DNA of 64,000 nt from an uncultured Lachnospiraceae bacterium (GTDB lineage Bacteria; Bacillota; Clostridia; Lachnospirales; Lachnospiraceae): the NCBI GenBank assembly GCA_900554205.1, contig USGM01000005.1:2230-66229 (forward strand), in the 5' to 3' direction. The notes beneath the pieces were generated by a model. The model had not been told where the DNA came from. It saw nothing but the letters and a program-made list of their open reading frames with translations, and searched no databases. Position numbers and translations under genes: made by a program. Below are positions 38,079-47,519 of the stretch, piece by piece (position 1 is the first letter of the stretch; each line of letters starts with the position of its first letter).

Positions 38079-39675
38079 AGAAAAGCTTGACCGCTGGCAT
38101 TATGGGATACTGGTCTTTATAGCACTTCTGGCGTTGACCTTACGGCTGATAGGCATTGACTGGGGAATGCCTTATTCAAATCTGCATCCGGATGAGGGTC
38201 TGATTTTCGGGGAGGCGTATGAGTGTACGCTGAATCATAGCTTTGAGGTGCGCAAATATTACAGACCCAACCATGTTACAATCAAATTAAATACACTTTT
38301 GTATTCAGGAATACAGGAATTGTATTTCGCGCCGCAGGGACTTGATGATTTTTCCGTGAATTACAATGAGCATTTTGCATTGTTTACGACGGCTTCCCGC
38401 GTCCTGATTGCTCTTTTTGGAGAGGGCGTTGTGATTCTGGCTTACCTGATTGCTCGATTCTGGGGCAAGAATCAGGCCTTGCTTGCAAGCCTGCTCTTTG
38501 CGGTATTTCCGGCGTTTATTGAGCATTCCCATTATATTACACCGGACATTCCCCTCCTGTTTTTCCTGATGGGTGTTTTATGGGCGGCACTTTGCTTTCT
38601 GAAAAAACAGTCTACCGCATGGCTTTTCTGGATGTCCTTTTTCACGGCATTGGCATTCTGTGAGAAATATCCGGGAATCTACGGATGTGCCATCATAGCG
38701 GCAGCTGTCTGTATAGCATATTGTAAAAAGCCGCTGAAGATCATAGGGAACGGACTTCTGGCTATCTTATTCTTAGTGCTTGGTATTATGGCTGTCTCTC
38801 CGGTATTATTGGTGGATTACAGGACTGTTTTGGAAAATATGGCGATACAGAATTCCCAATACCACTTAGGCGGGGATGGTCTGAATTTCGGACAGACCCT
38901 GTGGTATTATACCAAAACCACAGCCGTGCATCTTGGGCTGGTATTGACGGTCAGCTGCCTCTATGGAATTGTCAGATCATGCATGAAAAATGCAAAGCAG
39001 ACAATTCCTTTGCTGGTTCTTCTGGCATATATCATACCTATTTCCACCCTCAAGGTTCATTGGGAGCGCTATACGCTGCCGATCTATGCGGTCGGACTTT
39101 TATTCGCCGCATTTGGTATTTTCTATATGCTGACAGATATGCAGGGGATTTTAAGCAAGGGAATGATACCGGTAGTGCTTGCGGGATGCCTGTTGTTTTT
39201 ACTGCCCGTAGGCAATCAGATGTCCACTGCGTCTGCGGTGGTAGGCCGTTTCCTGGCTCCGGACAGCCGGATCTACCTGCAAAGTGTATTTGAGGGAATG
39301 AATGTTACGAAGGATAATACCATATATGACTGCAACACGCCATTGGACCCGGGGGGCTATTATGGTGCGTTTAACAACTTTGAAGCCGGAGATCCTTCAC
39401 AGTACAAATATGGCGGCAGCCCTAAATATGTCATGACATCGTCGGCACAGCGGGATGCGTATCTGGAGTCGAAGCTTGAGGTATATGGCTGGATTGCCAA
39501 TTTCTACAGAGCTTTGGACGAAAATTACGATTTAGTCTGCTTATTCCCGGTGGAAGAGCCGAGCTATCATCTTTTGGAATTACAGAACATGTGGTATGCA
39601 GCGCGAAGTGTCTATCGGTATATGCGGGGAGCAGCAGCCGGCTATGAAATCAGACTCTATCAGCTGAGACCTTGA
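38047..39675 (+). CDS. GT-C (ArnT/PMT, GT39-like) glycosyltransferase
   Basis: HPDE after TM1, SHYITPD, KYPG and ERYTLP; many TM helices. Confidence 0.75.
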   Translation: MVMKMKITAFREKLDRWHYGILVFIALLALTLRLIGIDWGMPYSNLHPDEGLIFGEAYECTLNHSFEVRKYYRPNHVTIKLNTLLYSGIQELYFAPQGLDDFSVNYNEHFALFTTASRVLIALFGEGVVILAYLIARFWGKNQALLASLLFAVFPAFIEHSHYITPDIPLLFFLMGVLWAALCFLKKQSTAWLFWMSFFTALAFCEKYPGIYGCAIIAAAVCIAYCKKPLKIIGNGLLAILFLVLGIMAVSPVLLVDYRTVLENMAIQNSQYHLGGDGLNFGQTLWYYTKTTAVHLGLVLTVSCLYGIVRSCMKNAKQTIPLLVLLAYIIPISTLKVHWERYTLPIYAVGLLFAAFGIFYMLTDMQGILSKGMIPVVLAGCLLFLLPVGNQMSTASAVVGRFLAPDSRIYLQSVFEGMNVTKDNTIYDCNTPLDPGGYYGAFNNFEAGDPSQYKYGGSPKYVMTSSAQRDAYLESKLEVYGWIANFYRALDENYDLVCLFPVEEPSYHLLELQNMWYAARSVYRYMRGAAAGYEIRLYQLRP

Positions 39676-39706
39676 AAATAGTGTATTACAGGAGAGTAGA
39701 AGAAAG

Positions 39707-40561
39707 ATGAGTTCAACAATCAAAGCTTATATAAAGGAAATGCGGGTGAAAAGCTGGTTAAAAAATCTGTTTGTTTTTTGTCCAATCGTGTTTTCACTGG
39801 AATTATTTCAATGGGATAAGCTCATGGAAGCAGCTGTTCTCACGCTTTCGTTTTGCCTCATATCCTCGGCAATCTATGTTTTTAACGATATTAATGATGT
39901 AGAAAATGACAGAAAACATGAGATCAAGAAGAACCGTCCTATTGCATCAGGGCAGATTTCTTTCCCCAAAGCATGGGTTCTCCTGGTATGTCTTACAATC
40001 ATAGGTCTTGGAATAGCGGTTCTGGTAAATATATATTCGTTTCTGCTTATAGTAGCTTATGTGATTATCAACGTATTGTATTCCAAGTGGTTAAAAACAA
40101 AGGCAGTTATAGACTGTTTTTGTATTGCAATCGGGTTCATCCTGCGTGTAATGGTGGGAGGCACCATAGTCACTGCCGGGGTTTCTAACTGGATGTTCTT
40201 AACGGTATTGGCATTGTCTTTGTTTATGGCGTTTGGAAAACGGAGAGGTGAATTGAGCAGTTATGCGGGTGGAGAGACCAGAACTGTTTTGGACATGTAC
40301 GACTTGAATTTTCTGAATGGGATTGTTTTTATGTGTGCCGGGCTGACTGTCATGTTTTATTCGTTGTGGTCCATTTCGCAGAAACCCCGATTAGTCTATT
40401 CTGTGCCGATTGTATTTTTCATCATAACGAGATATTTGCTGCTGGTGTTTAAGGGACGTGCGGAGGCAGATCCGACGACATTGCTCCTGTCTGATAAGAC
40501 ACTTCTGGTGTCCTGCGGGATATGTGGAATAGTTATGCTGGCATTGCTGTATTTTAAATAG
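39707..40561 (+). CDS. UbiA family polyprenyl-phosphate phosphoribosyltransferase (DPPR synthase-like)
   Basis: WLKNLFVF, YVFNDINDVENDRKH..K..RPIASG, GFILRV, GKRRGEL and DPT. Confidence 0.85.
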   Translation: MSSTIKAYIKEMRVKSWLKNLFVFCPIVFSLELFQWDKLMEAAVLTLSFCLISSAIYVFNDINDVENDRKHEIKKNRPIASGQISFPKAWVLLVCLTIIGLGIAVLVNIYSFLLIVAYVIINVLYSKWLKTKAVIDCFCIAIGFILRVMVGGTIVTAGVSNWMFLTVLALSLFMAFGKRRGELSSYAGGETRTVLDMYDLNFLNGIVFMCAGLTVMFYSLWSISQKPRLVYSVPIVFFIITRYLLLVFKGRAEADPTTLLLSDKTLLVSCGICGIVMLALLYFK

Positions 40562-40570
40562 AGCATTGCA

Positions 40571-40795
40571 GGTGCTATGGCGGGCATTCCGGTCTCTTCT
40601 TTCTTTGCCAATATCTATCTTTCGGATACAGATTGGGAAGTTGAAAGGCAGCAGGTCTTATATTTCCGCTATTCGGACGATATTCTGCTCTTTGCTGATT
40701 CCAAGGAAGAGCTTGCAGATTTACAGCGCCAGCTCTGTCAGGCGCTTGACGAGCATAAGCTCGCGCTGAATCCACAGAAGTTGCATGTGAGTGCA
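40571..40795 (+). pseudogene. reverse transcriptase fragment (palm motifs only)
   Basis: GAMAGIPVSSFFANIYL, YFRYSDDILLF and L.LNPQK; N-terminal and thumb domains absent. Confidence 0.8.
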
Positions 40796-41139
40796 TCCGG
40801 GAGGGGATTCTGTCGGATTTCCTGTCCCGGAACCGGGCGGAGGTGTTGAAGGTGAGCATATTTGAGTACGATCAGGAACTGGAAGAGAAGAAGCTCCGCG
40901 AGGCTGAGTTTGAATATGGCAGGGAAACCGGTATTCAGGAGGGCAGAAGCGAGGGACTGATTGCAGGGAAGGTAGAGTCACTGCTTACGGCTCTGCGGCT
41001 CAAGGGTGAAGTCTCGGAGGCGCTACAGCAGGAAATTTCAGAGGAAAAGGACATAGAGAGACTGAACGAATGGTTTTTGTGCGCCCTTTCCAGTGCAAGT
41101 GTGAAGGAGTTTGCTGAGGTTTGCGGGTTGAAATGCTAG
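40789..41139 (+). pseudogene. C-terminal remnant of an Rpn/PD-(D/E)XK transposase-like protein; may still express a small protein from GTG 40852
   Basis: ECIREGILSDFLSRNRAEVLKVSIFEYD, EG-repeat helix and I....D.E.L..W tail; GGAGG RBS within the AEV codons. Confidence 0.65.
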
Positions 41140-41152
41140 AGGGAGGAAAAGC

Positions 41153-41686
41153 ATGGAGAATAAGTATCTGATTGTTGTGGATATGCAGAAGGATTTTGTG
41201 ACAGGGGCGCTGGGGAGCGCAGAGGCGCGGGCAATCGTTCCGGCAGTGGTGGAAAAGCTGGATTCGTTCGACGGCACGATCCTGTTTACAAAGGATACCC
41301 ACCACGCGGACTATTTGACGACGCAGGAGGGGAAGAACCTTCCAGTGGAACACTGTATCGAGGGGAGCGAAGGCTGGGAGCTGATCCCGGAATTGCAGCG
41401 CTTTGCGGATGCACGAGGCACCGGCTGTGTTTATAAGAAGGAAGCCTTCGGCAGTGTGGCACTGGCTGAGGCATTGCGAGCAGAGAATGAGAAGAAGCCG
41501 ATCAGTTCTATCGAGTTGATCGGAGTCTGCACGGACATCTGTGTAGTATCGAACGCGCTGCTGATAAAGGCATATCTGCCGGAGGTTCCGGTTCTGGTCA
41601 ACGCTGCCTGCTGTGCCGGAGTTACACCCGAGAAGCACGAAGCGGCACTGGAAACCATGCGGAGCTGCCAGATAACAGTGTACTAA
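41153..41686 (+). CDS. pncA: nicotinamidase / isochorismatase-family cysteine hydrolase
   Basis: VVDMQKDF, DTH, HC, K..FG and GVCTDICV; adjacent to pncB. Confidence 0.85.
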   Translation: MENKYLIVVDMQKDFVTGALGSAEARAIVPAVVEKLDSFDGTILFTKDTHHADYLTTQEGKNLPVEHCIEGSEGWELIPELQRFADARGTGCVYKKEAFGSVALAEALRAENEKKPISSIELIGVCTDICVVSNALLIKAYLPEVPVLVNAACCAGVTPEKHEAALETMRSCQITVY

Positions 41687-41726
41687 AGAGGGACAGACAG
41701 ATTTCAGGTGGGAGATGGAGGAAGGT

Positions 41727-43184
41727 ATGAGCCAGTTTGACAAGAGAAATATATCGATGATGATGGATCTGTACGAGATGACTATGGCGAACTGCTATTT
41801 TGCTGAACAGGATATGCAGACCAAGGTTGTGTTTGATGTCTTTTACCGCAAGAACCCCGATCAGGGCGGCTTTGCCATTTTTGCCGGTCTGGAACAGATC
41901 GTGGAGTACATTGAGAACCTGCATTTTGACGAGGAGGACATTGCCTATTTCGCGTCCTTGCATCTGTTTGACGATGCTTTCCTCGAATATCTGAAAGGCT
42001 TTCGGTTCAGCGGCGATGTCTATGCGTTCCCGGAGGGGACGATCATGTATCCCAATGAGCCTGTGCTTACAGTTGTCGCACCGCTCATTGATGCGCAGCT
42101 GATCGAGACGGCTGTTCTTGCCCAGATCAACCATCAGAGCCTGATTGCGACGAAGACCCAGCGCATTGTGCGTGCGGCGGAGGGCAGGGCGGTGTCGGAC
42201 TTCGGGGCGAGACGGGCTCACAATATGGACGCGGCAGTGTACGGAGCAAGGGCGGCTTACATCGGCGGGGCGGCGGGAACGGCGACCGTGCTGGCGGGGG
42301 AGCAGTTCGGCATCCCTGTCGGCGGAACTATGGCGCATAGCTATGTCATGTATTACAAGGATGAGCTGACCGCCTTCCGCAAATATGCCAGCATTTATCC
42401 GAATAATTGCATTCTGCTCGCGGACACCTATAATGTGCTGAAATCCGGTGTGCCGAATGCCATCCGGGTGTTTACCGAGATGAAGGAGCAGGGAATACCG
42501 CTCACCAGCTACGGGATAAGACTGGACAGCGGCGATCTGGCTTATCTGTCAAAGAAGGCAAGGAAAATGCTTGACAATGCAGGCTTCCCGGACGCAAAGA
42601 TTGTTGTTTCCAACAGTCTGGATGAATTTACCATCACCTCGATTCTGGATCAGGGCGGATGCATCGACAGCTTTGGCGTGGGCGAGAGACTGATTACGGC
42701 GAAGTCTGATCCCGTGTTCGGTGCCGTGTACAAGATCGCCGCAGTGTATCATGAGGGCGTCTGTGAGCCGCGCATCAAGATTTCGGAGGCTGTCGAGAAG
42801 ATTACCAACCCCGGACTGAAAGAGGTATATCGCGTCTATGATGAGGAGGGTCACGCGGTGGCAGACCTTCTTGCAACACACGACGAGACCATTTCGACAG
42901 ACCGGCCGTTTTATTATGTCGATCCCGAGCAGCCGTGGAAGAAGCGCTGCTTTGAAAACTTTACGATAAAGAAGCTGCAGCAGCCTATCATCAGAGACGG
43001 AAAGCGGGTGCAGCCGACAGTCGGACTTGGGCACATACGCAGCTATGTCAGGGAGCAGCTGGAGAAGGAAATCTGGCCGGAGGAGCAGCGTTTTGAGAAC
43101 CCACACAGACATTATCTCGACATGACGCCGCAGTATTATGAGCTGAAAATGGGGCTGTTGGAAAGTCTGAAGGAAGAATTTTAA
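41727..43184 (+). CDS. pncB: nicotinate phosphoribosyltransferase
   Basis: DLYEMTM, DFGARRAH, GTMAHS, GIRLDSGDL and FGVG. Confidence 0.93.
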   Translation: MSQFDKRNISMMMDLYEMTMANCYFAEQDMQTKVVFDVFYRKNPDQGGFAIFAGLEQIVEYIENLHFDEEDIAYFASLHLFDDAFLEYLKGFRFSGDVYAFPEGTIMYPNEPVLTVVAPLIDAQLIETAVLAQINHQSLIATKTQRIVRAAEGRAVSDFGARRAHNMDAAVYGARAAYIGGAAGTATVLAGEQFGIPVGGTMAHSYVMYYKDELTAFRKYASIYPNNCILLADTYNVLKSGVPNAIRVFTEMKEQGIPLTSYGIRLDSGDLAYLSKKARKMLDNAGFPDAKIVVSNSLDEFTITSILDQGGCIDSFGVGERLITAKSDPVFGAVYKIAAVYHEGVCEPRIKISEAVEKITNPGLKEVYRVYDEEGHAVADLLATHDETISTDRPFYYVDPEQPWKKRCFENFTIKKLQQPIIRDGKRVQPTVGLGHIRSYVREQLEKEIWPEEQRFENPHRHYLDMTPQYYELKMGLLESLKEEF

Positions 43185-43189
43185 TAAAA

Positions 43190-43222
43190 CCTATTGACAT
43201 ACTAGGAAAACCGTTGTATGAT
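43190..43222 (+). promoter_or_regulatory. sigmaA promoter overlapped by a CCTA-N9-TAGG dyad (possible Rrf2/CymR-IscR-type site)
   Basis: TTGACA (43194-99)-17 nt-TATGAT (43217-22); CCTA 43190-93 and TAGG 43203-06. Confidence 0.7.
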
Positions 43223-43266
43223 GCATTCATCGGAACAAGAAATGAAAAGAAAGGGAGGCGGAAGCA

Positions 43267-43386
43267 ATGAAGAATTACGAGATCGGTTTTAACAACATTG
43301 TCATGTGGTGCTGTCGAATGTGTATCTCCCGGGCATGTAATATGGCCAGGTGCTTTGACGCGCATTGCCCCGCACCTGTAAGATAA
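43267..43386 (+). CDS. Cys/Met-rich leader peptide MKNYEIGFNNIVMWCCRMCISRACNMARCFDAHCPAPVR
   Basis: RBS AAGGGAGG; 39 aa with 6 Cys and 4 Met; lies between the promoter and a terminator upstream of metY. Confidence 0.75.
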   Translation: MKNYEIGFNNIVMWCCRMCISRACNMARCFDAHCPAPVR

Positions 43387-43420
43387 CGCTAGAGAAAAAG
43401 CGGTTTGATGATGCCATTTG

Positions 43421-43457
43421 TCCGGGAGCCTATGAAAATATGCACCCGGATTTTTTT
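43421..43457 (+). terminator. attenuator terminator in the metY leader
   Basis: TCCGGG-a-GC-c-TAT-gaaa-ATA-t-GC-a-CCCGGA followed by T7. Confidence 0.7.
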
Positions 43458-43553
43458 GTGGAAAAATCCGGTCATGTGCATCCTGTACAACTGTTACTTG
43501 AAATTTATTAGTGTACAAAACCCATACATAAAAAAAGAAAAGAGGATAAAATT

Positions 43554-44843
43554 ATGAGCGAATATAGATTTGAGACACTTCAGTTACATGTAGGACAGGA
43601 GCAGCCGGATCCGGCAACCGATTCCAGAGCAGTGCCGATTTACCAGACGACATCTTACGTTTTCAAGAATTCCGCACATGCGGCAGCCCGTTTCGGACTG
43701 GCAGATGCCGGTAACATCTACGGACGTCTTACGAACTCCACGCAGGATGTATTTGAGAAGAGAATTGCAGCGCTGGAGGGCGGCGTTGCAGCGCTCGCAC
43801 TGGCATCGGGCGCAGCGGCAATCACCTATGCGATTCAGGCACTGGCAGCTGACGGCGGACATATTGTGGCACAGAAGACAATTTACGGCGGCAGCTACAA
43901 CCTTCTGGAGCACACTCTTCCCCATTACGGAATTACGACAACCTTCATTGACGCACATAATCTTTCGGAGATCGAGGCGGCGATCCGCGACAATACCCGC
44001 GCCATTTACTTAGAGACGCTCGGCAATCCGAACAGTGATATTCCCGATATAGACGCAGTTGCGGAAATCGCACACAAGCACGAACTTCCGCTTGTGATCG
44101 ACAATACCTTCGGCACACCCTATCTCATCCGTCCGATTGAGCACGGCGCAGACATCGTTGTTCATTCTGCTACGAAGTTCATCGGAGGACACGGGACAAC
44201 GCTGGGCGGCGTGATTGTGGATTCCGGCAAGTTCGACTGGAAGGCGGGTGGAAAATATCCGGCGATTGCAGAGCCGAACCCCAGCTACCATGGTGTCTCC
44301 TTCGCGGAGGCAGCTGGCCCCGCAGCTTTTGTAACCTACATCCGTGCGATCCTGCTGCGCGATACCGGCGCAACCATCTCTCCGTTCAACGCATTCCTGC
44401 TGCTTCAGGGTGTGGAGACGCTTTCACTCCGTCTCGACCGGCATGCGGAAAACACGAAGAAGGTCGTGGAGTATCTGGCGAAGCATCCGCTCGTAGAGCA
44501 TGTAAATCATCCTTCCCTGCCCGATCATCCCGACCATGCGCTGTATGAGAAATATTTCCCGAACGGCGGCGCATCCATCTTCACCTTTGAAATCAAGGGC
44601 GGTCAGGCAGAGGCGCATAAATTTATCGACAACTTAAAGATTTTCTCCCTGCTTGCGAACGTTGCGGATGTAAAGAGTCTCGTAATCCATCCCGCGACAA
44701 CGACGCATTCCCAGCTGAACGAGGAGGAGCTGCGTGAGCAGAACATCAAGCCCAACACGATCCGGCTCTCCATCGGTACAGAGCACATTGATGACATCAT
44801 CGCGGATCTGGAGGGCGGTTTCGCGGCTGTGGCTGAGGGATAA
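43554..44843 (+). CDS. metY: O-acetylhomoserine aminocarboxypropyltransferase / sulfhydrylase
   Basis: PIYQTTSY, IYGRL, HSATKFIGGHG (PLP lysine), LANVADVKSLVIHPA.TTH and RLSIG. Confidence 0.92.
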   Translation: MSEYRFETLQLHVGQEQPDPATDSRAVPIYQTTSYVFKNSAHAAARFGLADAGNIYGRLTNSTQDVFEKRIAALEGGVAALALASGAAAITYAIQALAADGGHIVAQKTIYGGSYNLLEHTLPHYGITTTFIDAHNLSEIEAAIRDNTRAIYLETLGNPNSDIPDIDAVAEIAHKHELPLVIDNTFGTPYLIRPIEHGADIVVHSATKFIGGHGTTLGGVIVDSGKFDWKAGGKYPAIAEPNPSYHGVSFAEAAGPAAFVTYIRAILLRDTGATISPFNAFLLLQGVETLSLRLDRHAENTKKVVEYLAKHPLVEHVNHPSLPDHPDHALYEKYFPNGGASIFTFEIKGGQAEAHKFIDNLKIFSLLANVADVKSLVIHPATTTHSQLNEEELREQNIKPNTIRLSIGTEHIDDIIADLEGGFAAVAEG

Positions 44844-44865
44844 ATAGTATTTCGCGTTTGCAGAA

Positions 44866-45396
44866 ATGGGGCTAAAAATGTCAGGAAAAACGATTCGATA
44901 TGCATTTGTCAGATCACTTCCGATTATGTGCAGCTATTTTTTCATCAGTCTGGCTTATGGCATCACAATGGCGGAGAACGGCTTTGCATGGTATTACTCG
45001 CTGCTTGCGAGCGTGACAGTCTACACCGGAGCTTTTCAGTTTGTGCTGATCACCTTTCTAAGCAGCGGGGCATCCCTGCTGACGGTTGCCCTCACGGCAC
45101 TCCTGATGAACAGCAGGCAGAGCTTTTACAGCGTGACCTTCCTCAAGGAGTTTAAGAGGATGGGGCGCATGAAGCTCTATATGATACATACGATGACAGA
45201 TGAGACCTATGCGGTAAACTGTACGCTGGAGCTGCCGGAGAAGGAGAAGCAGGACACGATGTTTCTCGTGGCAATTCTCAGCAAGACCTACTGGGTCATC
45301 GGGTCGGTGCTGGGCGGAGACAGCTTCATGCTGCCTGCGCTTTTGATCACCTCGGGCATACTGATCTTTGCCGGACGTGAGGAGGTGGTCGCATGA
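44866..45396 (+). pseudogene. azlC: AzlC branched-chain amino acid exporter with apparent internal deletion
   Basis: VYTGAFQF, NSRQSFY and MTDETYA; 176 aa, with GSVLGG joined directly to the terminal DSFMLPALL segment. Confidence 0.7.
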
Positions 45397-45500
45397 GTGA
45401 TAAAATGGCACTGGCGGCGATTCTGATTGCTACGGTATGTACCTTTTTGCTCCGGGCGCTGCCCTTCGTCGCTTTTGCCGGAGAACGCAAGCTGCCGTTG
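45393..45500 (+). pseudogene. azlD: AzlD 5' fragment
   Basis: TFLLRALPF motif, ATGA overlap with azlC; recognisable similarity ends after ERKLP. Confidence 0.65.
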
Positions 45501-45699
45501 TCGCTGTCAGCTATAAATGGAGGCATAACACCCTGCTCAGCATTTTTCTGGGCACGGCAGCCTATATGCTCCTTCTCAGATTTCTGTAAATTGAAAACAA
45601 TATCTGTGGTTTTGTCTACTGCCATGCACCTTGTAGAATGCTATAATGAACCTACAAATGAACGGTGCGCGAGGGCGGCGCAGAAATGGAGGCTACAAT

Positions 45700-45930
45700 G
45701 CAGGCAATCGGGATTATTTGTTGGAGCTGGACACGCAGTGTCTGTTGCAGAATTTCAGTCTTGAGGCGTGGGCAAGGCTGTACCAGCTGACAGGCGAGGA
45801 GAAGTATCACACGCTGACAGAGCGCTACAGCAATCCGGGACTGTTCCGAAAGCTGCTGGCGGGTGCGCATAAGAAGTGGGGCACGAAGACGAGAGATTTC
45901 TGGTGCTGTCACGGAACGATGGTGCAGACT
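45700..45930 (+). pseudogene. collapsed remnant of a GH127/GH146 beta-L-arabinofuranosidase-like gene
   Basis: Three normally distant segments concatenated: YLLELD..CLLQNF, WARLYQLTGEEKY and FWCCHGTMVQ. Confidence 0.65.
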
Positions 45931-45953
45931 GCCGGAATGAAATATTATAATGA

Positions 45954-46465
45954 TCAGGCTTCCTTTATGCTGATCGCCGGATTGGACAGCAGCATCTGCG
46001 CAAGGGAAATCCGCTCCCGGTGGATGCACTCGGTCATGCTGATGCCGGTCTCCTTCTTGAAGAGGCTGGAGAGATAAGCACAGTTATAGCCGTATTTTGC
46101 AGCGATCTCCGAGGTTGTGAGCGCCGTGTGGCAGTTGGTGCGGATGTATTCCTTCACCGCGACGATCACGGGGGTCAGCGTGAGCGGTCTGCTCTCCCGG
46201 CGATCCAGAAAAGCGGAGGTCAGGTGGAAAAGCAGCAGGGAGGCAGTCTGCGGCAGCGCTTTTTCCGCAACCGCCGTACCCTTGCGGTACCATTGCATCA
46301 GATCCCCGAAAAGCAGGGGGAAATCCGTGCTTCCCTTGCCGTATTCCGGGAAAGGACGTGGCAGTGGAGCGTGCGCCGTTGGTGCAGGAACCCGCCCGGG
46401 CTTACGAGATTGCCGCAGGAGTAAAAGGTTATGGGATTTTTAGTAAAGGTATACAGGTAGTCCAT
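45954..46465 (-). pseudogene. frameshifted/deleted AraC family regulator
   Basis: N-terminal cupin start (MDYLY...FLHQRR) in one frame; HTH (YNCAYLSSLFKKETG) in another, truncated at SIKEA. Confidence 0.65.
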
Positions 46466-46589
46466 GAGAGATTTCCTCCGATCTGATTCCTTTATACCAG
46501 AGATTGGGGCGGGAATCAATATTTCTGTAGCCAAGGGTACGGAAAGTCATTATAATAGGGGCAGAATACAGACAGAAATGGAGACGCAG

Positions 46590-47519
46590 ATGAAATATTA
46601 CCTTGCTCCGATGGAGGGGCTGACGACATACAATTTCCGGCGGACATGGCATAAATACTATGGTGGAATGGATCGGTATTTTACGCCGTTTTTAGCCAAC
46701 CGGCATATGAACAGCAGGGAGCGGAATGATGTCCTGCCGGAGCATAATGTCGGGATGGAGGTCGTGCCGCAGATTCTCACGAACCGTGCGGATGAATTTC
46801 TGGAGCTGGCGGAACAGCTTGCCGGATACGGCTATAAATGTGTGAATCTGAATCTGGGATGTCCGTCCGGTACGGTGGTCGCCAGAAACCGCGGGGCAGG
46901 CTTTCTGCGGATACCGGCGGAGCTGGAAACGTTTCTGGATGAAATCTTTGAAAAGTGTCCGCTCGGAATATCCGTAAAGACCCGCATCGGTGTGGAGGAT
47001 GTGGCGGAGTGGGAGACGCTTCTTGCGATTTATGAGAGATTTCCGATGGAGGAGCTGATTATCCATCCGCGCCTGCAAAGAGAAGGCTACGGCGGTACAC
47101 CGCATCTCGAGACATTTGCGGAGGCACTGGACCGCCTTGCGTTCCCGCTGTGCTACAATGGGGATATTGTGTCCGATGCTGCGCTGAGAGAAATACGGAC
47201 TGCGCTGCCCGGAACAGATACCGTGATGATCGGTCGTGGCATCCTGCAGAACCCGGGACTGCTGCAGGAGTTGAAAAGCGGGGAGGCACAGCCCATCAAT
47301 TACGAAACGCTGCACGCCTTCCATGACGAACTGCTGGACGGCTATATAGAAATTATGTCCGGAGATACCAACACCCTTTACAAGATGAAGGATCTCTGGA
47401 CATTTCTGATCAGGAGCTTTCCGGATGGCGAGAAATCCCTGAAAAAGATCAGGAAGTCGAAGCATCTCACCGATTATCAGATTGCGGTCGGTGAGCTGTT
47501 CCGCACAGTTACCGGATAA
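46590..47519 (+). CDS. dus: tRNA-dihydrouridine synthase family protein
   Basis: LAPMEG, NLNLGCP, SVKTRIG, IHPR, YNGDI and MIGRG. Confidence 0.9.
   Translation: MKYYLAPMEGLTTYNFRRTWHKYYGGMDRYFTPFLANRHMNSRERNDVLPEHNVGMEVVPQILTNRADEFLELAEQLAGYGYKCVNLNLGCPSGTVVARNRGAGFLRIPAELETFLDEIFEKCPLGISVKTRIGVEDVAEWETLLAIYERFPMEELIIHPRLQREGYGGTPHLETFAEALDRLAFPLCYNGDIVSDAALREIRTALPGTDTVMIGRGILQNPGLLQELKSGEAQPINYETLHAFHDELLDGYIEIMSGDTNTLYKMKDLWTFLIRSFPDGEKSLKKIRKSKHLTDYQIAVGELFRTVTG

Noticed and set aside
40559..40579. Programmed read-through fusing UbiA to the RT fragment
   Set aside because: Same frame has a one-in-three chance; UbiA ends at a normal-looking C-terminus and the RT is a fragment
40571..40795. 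Functional group II intron, retron or DGR
   Set aside because: RT is only about 75 codons; no domain V/VI, msr-msd or TR/VR pair seen
43230..43550. SAM (S-box) riboswitch or T-box upstream of metY
   Set aside because: No ATCAAGAG...GGC.AC S-box core or GGTGGxACC T-box bulge; a leader peptide explains the region better
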